NCBI GenBank assembly: GCA_016873895.1
Contig: VGVV01000003.1
Coordinates: forward strand, 275,747-339,746
Source: Ignavibacteria bacterium
GTDB lineage: Bacteria; Bacteroidota; Ignavibacteria; Kapaibacteriales; Kapaibacteriaceae
DNA length: 64,000 bases
Direction: 5' to 3'
Each line of letters begins with the position of its first letter. Position 1 is the first letter of the stretch. Below the pieces are notes generated by a model. The model ran no database searches. It was given only the letters and a program-made list of their open reading frames with translations, and was not told where the DNA came from. The position numbers and the translations under genes are program-made. Of this stretch, positions 58,746 to 64,000 are shown in pieces.

Positions 58746-60790
58746 TCAAGCTGTTTCTATTCAACGCTGCGCTCGTGGCAAGTGCATGCGCTCTTCAATG
58801 CCAGACGAGATACTGTAGCTCATACATGGTAGTAGCCATTGATACATGCCAGAGTATCATCACCGTTGACAGACCCATACACGATTGGGAAAACAATGCA
58901 CAGATGCTCTTCCTACATGCCTCGAAGTCACGATCGCAGAATGAAAACACAGCTATCGGTGATCTTGTGCTATGCCGCATTGATAGCGTGCACCAAGGAA
59001 AGGTATTTCTCAATAATGATCTAACGTCACTAACTCAAGACGCCAATTGCCTACAAGCAGTTGTTCCCATGGGTGGCATAGATCTGCAAGCAGGAGATAC
59101 AATCAAATGTGCGCAGTGGAATAGCAGATTCGGTGGAGTGATCATCTTGAGAGATAGCATACTTGACCTGCGAAGTATTGTTATCGATGCTTCACATGCT
59201 GGCTTCTGTGGTGGCTTTCAGATGTTTTCTGATACTACAACGTCGGGTAGGTATCTAGGCTCGCGAATATCAGTGCACGGAGAGACCTTTCTTTCGCACG
59301 ATACAACCTACGCAGGTCTGGCTGGTGTATCACGCAATGGGGGAGGCTCCGGTGGTTCTGGAATGATGAAAGGAGGAGCAGGAGGAGCATCGACCACCGC
59401 ATTTGAACACATCCATGATGGCACTCAGGCCGGCTCACAATACCTTCAACCACGTATGGTGTTCGGATCTGGAGGTGGCTCTGGACACACAAATGATCTT
59501 GGACGATCGTATGGAGGACGTGGCGGTGGAATCGTAGTTGTTATTGCAGACTCACTTATCACAGATGCCACCACCACGATTATTGCTTCTGGACAAGATG
59601 CAATCAGTGTCTATGCCGATGGAGCTGGTGGTGGGGGTGCAGGTGGCTGTGTTGCTATAAGCAGCACTGGTACCAGGATAAAAGCTGCGATCAATGTAGC
59701 CGGAGGTCATGGTGGCCCTGTAGAATCGAATACACTACTTTCTGGTCCCGGTGGGGGTGGTGCCGGAGGCATTGTGTTAACAGCTTCAGGCACTACATTC
59801 ACGCAACCACCCTACATACGTGGGGGAGAGGCTGGCGAGATCATTCAAGGTGGCACCGCAGTAGGACAACGAGGTAATCTCTCCGGCGGAGTCGGCACGA
59901 TCTTAACAAGAGAGAGGCTCTACAGACAACTGCCATCGCGAAAGGCATCACGCTTTACGCTCATTGCCGGTGATAGCATCGTGGAATACGGACAGTCAAC
60001 AACCATTCGTGCATTTGGTGATGGTACGGTACGCTGGTTATCGCAGGGGCTTAAAGGTGCCACGTATAATTCTCGCGACGTCGAGACCCAGCCAATCACG
60101 GGTCCGCAGTGGTTTGCAGCAGAGTTTGTCTCTGCTGCTGGTTGCATAACGCGCGACAGTGTGCGCATTCGGCCTCGAATTGAAGCGCAAACACTTCTTG
60201 TAGAAGCCGATTTCCTGCGAGCGCATCCTGGGGACACAGTAGACCTGTTCTTGCGTGCCGAGCTCACTGCTGCATATAAACGAGATCTCGTGGGCACAAT
60301 ACACGTATCCACATATTCTGCAATGCTCCACCCGTTGAGGTCGCATCGTCTACAAAATGTTCGATCACATGTGCGTATTCCATTCTCGATAAGCGCGGGA
60401 TCACTATCAACATTTCGTCGAGAAGCTGCTGTTGTGATGCTCGCAGATTCAGTCGCTACTCAAATAGCGATCGACAGTGTAACGATCACAAATGCATCGG
60501 TATCAATCCGCAGAAAACATGGAAGAGTAACGCTCGATAGCCTATGCGTTGCTGGTGGTAATCCACGTTTGTTCAATCCCCATACATCGCCGTTCTCGAT
60601 ACTAGGACGCGTTATCACAGCAACAGCTAATGCCATCTTCGTTAGCGATGTGCTTGGTCGAGACATAGGCGCGACTATATCGCTACAATCGGGCACGGCC
60701 ACAGTAACGATCCCAGAACATGTTAGGGGGCTTGTATTGATTACTTGCTCACAAGGCGATCGAGTCTATCATCGCACGTTATACTACTAA
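58742..60790 (+). CDS. Secreted glycine-rich protein with degenerate T9SS-like C-terminus
   Basis: ATGA overlap with the previous gene; GGGGAGG-type repeats; terminal VSDVLGR...GLVLI. Confidence 0.7.
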   Translation: MIKLFLFNAALVASACALQCQTRYCSSYMVVAIDTCQSIITVDRPIHDWENNAQMLFLHASKSRSQNENTAIGDLVLCRIDSVHQGKVFLNNDLTSLTQDANCLQAVVPMGGIDLQAGDTIKCAQWNSRFGGVIILRDSILDLRSIVIDASHAGFCGGFQMFSDTTTSGRYLGSRISVHGETFLSHDTTYAGLAGVSRNGGGSGGSGMMKGGAGGASTTAFEHIHDGTQAGSQYLQPRMVFGSGGGSGHTNDLGRSYGGRGGGIVVVIADSLITDATTTIIASGQDAISVYADGAGGGGAGGCVAISSTGTRIKAAINVAGGHGGPVESNTLLSGPGGGGAGGIVLTASGTTFTQPPYIRGGEAGEIIQGGTAVGQRGNLSGGVGTILTRERLYRQLPSRKASRFTLIAGDSIVEYGQSTTIRAFGDGTVRWLSQGLKGATYNSRDVETQPITGPQWFAAEFVSAAGCITRDSVRIRPRIEAQTLLVEADFLRAHPGDTVDLFLRAELTAAYKRDLVGTIHVSTYSAMLHPLRSHRLQNVRSHVRIPFSISAGSLSTFRREAAVVMLADSVATQIAIDSVTITNASVSIRRKHGRVTLDSLCVAGGNPRLFNPHTSPFSILGRVITATANAIFVSDVLGRDIGATISLQSGTATVTIPEHVRGLVLITCSQGDRVYHRTLYY

Positions 60791-60792
60791 GA

Positions 60793-62334
60793 CTACCTGT
60801 TGGTATTTCTCAGGAACAACGCGCTATAGCCAGAACTCATCCAGATCTCTGCCTGCTTGTCGGTCACTGCGCCCGGGCCAATCGAGACATTACCAAGGAT
60901 TACATCAACATCACCATCTCCGTCTACATCTGCTGCATCGGAAACTAACCAGCGGCCACTTTGCGCATCGCCTACAGACCAGACACCTTGGTCATTCTTG
61001 ATGTTATCGTGACTGATACGGACCAGGTCTATGTCTTGTCCGTGGAGATTTGGAAAATAGCTGAACGAGAGCAGATCCATTTTCCCGTTTCGATCAAAAT
61101 CACGAGCAATGGCACCGTATGCTCCATCGAAAGGATCAAACGTTGCTAACGCATAGACCAGTGGCTTTGATCTCTTATAGACATATACGCCATGGTAGGG
61201 CTTGTATGGCGGTGATTGGTAGTCACCATTATCGCCTGTCGTAAGAAGAATCTCATCTACCCTGTCCCCATCAACGTCTGCTAGTGATACCGACGAACTA
61301 CCAAAACTTGGAGGGGACTCAATCACATCATGTGAAGAAAAGCGCCCCTTGCCATTGTTTTCATAGATGCGAACAACCTCTCGCGCTTGCGCCATAACGA
61401 CAATGATATCTGGACGTTTGTCATTTGTAACATCCTTGACAATTGCACGGATTGCCCCTGGTTGAGCAGCAAGTTCATGATAGGTAAATGCACCTGATTT
61501 CAATGACTCGAACCAACCAAATCGACCAAGAAGATTTCCGTACTCTGTTACCAGAAAGTCCAGCCTACCGTCCTGGTTTATATCATCCACCACCAGACTC
61601 GTAGGTCTTCTCAACGTGTCGATAAGCGTTGACATCTTGTATGTGGAAGCACCAGCAATAGGGCTACCACTCCAAGCTATCTGAGCAACTGAGCCTACTG
61701 CGGAATCATGCGGTAATAGCTTACCCATATTGGTTACGTACCACGTGTTGCCCTTGATAACAAGACACGATGGGGGCCCGCCAACATCAATGCGACGTAT
61801 TTCGCGACCATTTAAATCCAGAACTCTCAACATGTGCGTTTGAGCGTCTCCAACAACAATGCATCTGTGGATTGTATCAAACTGCACAACCGACGTCATC
61901 GGCGCAGGCTGTTCAGCTGGCATGCGCAGCGATTGAAACATCGGACTAGTACCGCGGTACTGTAGAGCAGGTGGTGTGGGTAGTTTCGCAGGAGCTTTCT
62001 CGATGTACCACGACGCAATTGCAAACCATTCGTCCTCTGTCATCATAGGCACGGTAGGGTACATAGCCGCTAGATCATGCGACATTTGGTCGCGTCCAGC
62101 CGGCAGATCGAGTCCCATGTATGTACGCATAACAGGGAACACCTTTGATATCCATGTCGATTTATCAAGGTGCTCTGGAAGGGGCTGCACATGACACGAC
62201 TGGCAGTACTGCTTGGCAAGCACTTCGCCCCGATCTTCACTGCGCTGCGCATGGAGCAATACGATGCTCGAGATGGCCGAGAGCACAACAATGCAAAGCG
62301 TTACCTGCCGGAGCATTAGTCGTTGAGTCCGCAA
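60793..62334 (-). CDS. c-type cytochrome domain plus FG-GAP/VCBS repeat protein
   Basis: Signal peptide, CQSCH haem motif, about five D.D.DG..D repeats. Confidence 0.85.
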   Translation of the reverse strand: MRTQRLMLRQVTLCIVVLSAISSIVLLHAQRSEDRGEVLAKQYCQSCHVQPLPEHLDKSTWISKVFPVMRTYMGLDLPAGRDQMSHDLAAMYPTVPMMTEDEWFAIASWYIEKAPAKLPTPPALQYRGTSPMFQSLRMPAEQPAPMTSVVQFDTIHRCIVVGDAQTHMLRVLDLNGREIRRIDVGGPPSCLVIKGNTWYVTNMGKLLPHDSAVGSVAQIAWSGSPIAGASTYKMSTLIDTLRRPTSLVVDDINQDGRLDFLVTEYGNLLGRFGWFESLKSGAFTYHELAAQPGAIRAIVKDVTNDKRPDIIVVMAQAREVVRIYENNGKGRFSSHDVIESPPSFGSSSVSLADVDGDRVDEILLTTGDNGDYQSPPYKPYHGVYVYKRSKPLVYALATFDPFDGAYGAIARDFDRNGKMDLLSFSYFPNLHGQDIDLVRISHDNIKNDQGVWSVGDAQSGRWLVSDAADVDGDGDVDVILGNVSIGPGAVTDKQAEIWMSSGYSALFLRNTNR

Positions 62335-63614
62335 CGTGCAAAAATGGTATCAACATTCTTCAGCATTCGTTGCGGATCAAAGATCGCATCTAGTTCATCA
62401 CTGGACATACGAGCATTGATTTCTTCATCCTCGCGCAACGTCTCACGCAATGGGATTCGCGTTTGCCATGTTTTCATGGCATTGCGTTGCACCATCTTGT
62501 AGGCATCCTCGCGGGTTACATCTTTGCGCACAAGCGCAAGCATCACAGACTGAGAGAAAGGCAGACCGTGAGTAAGCTCAAGATTTCTCTGCATGTTCTC
62601 TGGATATACAATCAGCTTATCAATAAGCCCCGTGGCTACATGGAGCATATAGTCGATAGTGATCGTTGAATCCGGACAGATAACCCTTTCCACACTGCTG
62701 TGCGAGATATCGCGCTCATGCCATAGCGCATTATTCTCGACAGCAGCAAGTGCATTTGTACGCAGCAGCCGAGCAAGACCGCAGATACGTTCGCTGAGAA
62801 TCGGATTACGCTTATGTGGCATAGCCGAAGATCCCTTCTGACCCGGCGAGAAGTACTCTTCTGCTTCAAGAACTTCAGTACGCTGTAGGTGACGAATCTC
62901 CGTTGCAATCTTTTCTAGGAAAGAGCCAATTAATGCCAGTGTTGTTAGGAACTCTGCATGACGGTCGCGTTGGATCACTTGAGTACTTACAGGAGCTGGC
63001 TTGAGTCCAAGTTTCGCGCAGACATATTCCTCGACCGATGGAGAGAGATGTTCAAACGTTCCAACAGCCCCAGAAATCATGCCAACACTGATCGACTCTA
63101 GTGCTTGTTCTATGCGCTTGATACTGCGCTTACACTCCTCATGCCACAGTGCCAGTTTGAGTCCAAAAGTAGTGGGCTCTGCATGAATGCCATGCGAGCG
63201 CCCGATGCAAACCGTTGATTTATGCTCTTTCGCACGTCGGGCTAGGATATCGCGAAACGCTACCAGGTTGGCATAGATCAGTTCGCCTGCCTGCTTGAGC
63301 TGAACGGCTAAGCACGTATCGAGAACGTCACTAGAAGTCATCCCAAGATGAATGAAGCGGGACGAGGGTCCAACGTACTCAGCAACATTCGTAGTGAAAG
63401 CTATTACATCATGCTTCGTAATCTCTTCAATCTCGAGAATACGCTTCACGTCAAACGACGCTTTTGCCCGAATCTCGGCAACAGCTTCTTTGGGGATTAC
63501 ACCGAGCTCTGCCTGGGCTTCACAGGCTAATACTTCGATTTCAAGCCAAATGCGGTACTTGTTTGCGTCGGACCAAATCGCTCCCATATCGGGGCGCGTG
63601 TAACGTTCAATCAT
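62316..63614 (-). CDS. purB: Adenylosuccinate lyase
   Basis: MIERYTR start, HDV, TSSD, GRSHGIHAEPTT, GSSAMPHKRNP. Confidence 0.96.
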   Translation of the reverse strand: MIERYTRPDMGAIWSDANKYRIWLEIEVLACEAQAELGVIPKEAVAEIRAKASFDVKRILEIEEITKHDVIAFTTNVAEYVGPSSRFIHLGMTSSDVLDTCLAVQLKQAGELIYANLVAFRDILARRAKEHKSTVCIGRSHGIHAEPTTFGLKLALWHEECKRSIKRIEQALESISVGMISGAVGTFEHLSPSVEEYVCAKLGLKPAPVSTQVIQRDRHAEFLTTLALIGSFLEKIATEIRHLQRTEVLEAEEYFSPGQKGSSAMPHKRNPILSERICGLARLLRTNALAAVENNALWHERDISHSSVERVICPDSTITIDYMLHVATGLIDKLIVYPENMQRNLELTHGLPFSQSVMLALVRKDVTREDAYKMVQRNAMKTWQTRIPLRETLREDEEINARMSSDELDAIFDPQRMLKNVDTIFARCGLND

Positions 63615-63652
63615 TGTAGTACGTGCTTGATGAGAAAACACTAATCTACGGA

Positions 63653-64000
63653 TTACCGAGGCTGGAACTCTTGATGATAATCAGGAACAAATGAATCGGC
63701 ATCAACGGTGCTAACACCTGAACCGAGCATAATCCACGCAGCGTAGGCTACAAAGCGGGCAGACGTTCTGCTGAGCCCGCTGATTGGACTGTTTGTTAGC
63801 AGCGGCGCACCTGGACCAACAATCATCTCCCGATCGGAAACAAACCGCTCCTGTGCTTGGGTAATCGTAAGAAGTTCGGCCGTTGCGGCAACGTCCAATT
63901 CGCTTGCCCGCGTCGTACTTACGTAGACAAGATCACGATGAGATGGGATGGCACAAACAATGTGTTCTACCCCAGAGTAGGCGGCAACCTCGAGTGCTGC
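63653..64000 (-). CDS. tsaB: tRNA threonylcarbamoyladenosine biosynthesis protein TsaB, 3' part (5' truncated)
   Basis: Frame open to the window edge (AALEVAAYSGVEHIVCAIPSHRDLVY); terminal DADSFVPDYHQEF resembles TsaB C-termini. Confidence 0.55.
   Translation of the reverse strand, partial: AALEVAAYSGVEHIVCAIPSHRDLVYVSTTRASELDVAATAELLTITQAQERFVSDREMIVGPGAPLLTNSPISGLSRTSARFVAYAAWIMLGSGVSTVDADSFVPDYHQEFQPR

Noticed and set aside
55640-60790. Prophage or tailocin remnant
   Set aside because: No structural, lysis or integration genes; the ORFs are intact and carry signal-peptide-like N-termini, so they are treated as host genes

Overview
A gene-dense, mostly housekeeping chromosomal window from an FCB-superphylum bacterium, most consistent with Candidatus Kapabacteria or an Ignavibacteria/Chlorobi relative. 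The taxon call is inference from Bacteroidota-type TAnnTTTG promoter boxes, few Shine-Dalgarno sites, several proteins with T9SS-like C-terminal domains, and DUF4249/DUF4292/LptD-type genes. It holds about 50 CDS (valS 3' end, thiolase, an isolated nuoF, zupT, nadD, ABC exporter, peptidases, ygfZ, rdgB fusion, ECF sigma/anti-sigma, pepA, two giant Ig-rich surface proteins, meaB, glmS, lptD, PTPS-folE-rnhB, ftsY, purB, tsaB 3' end) and tRNA-Ala(GGC) and tRNA-Asp(GTC). I found no integrase, transposase, CRISPR array or prophage core. Best leads: (1) a four-gene operon at 55.6-60.8 kb of signal-peptide-bearing proteins built from phage-tail-fibre-like motifs with no phage genes nearby, a candidate host-secreted fibre; (2) intergenic 7-nt tandem repeats at three sites, one with a perfect 27-bp inverted repeat, which place stop codons in all three frames; (3) a canonical G-quadruplex motif filling a convergent gap; (4) an RdgB-CMD fusion; (5) a CX5HGH (BH4-type) PTPS with FolE and a distant pteridine-reductase-like SDR. 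All family calls come from motif recognition by eye; no searches were run.
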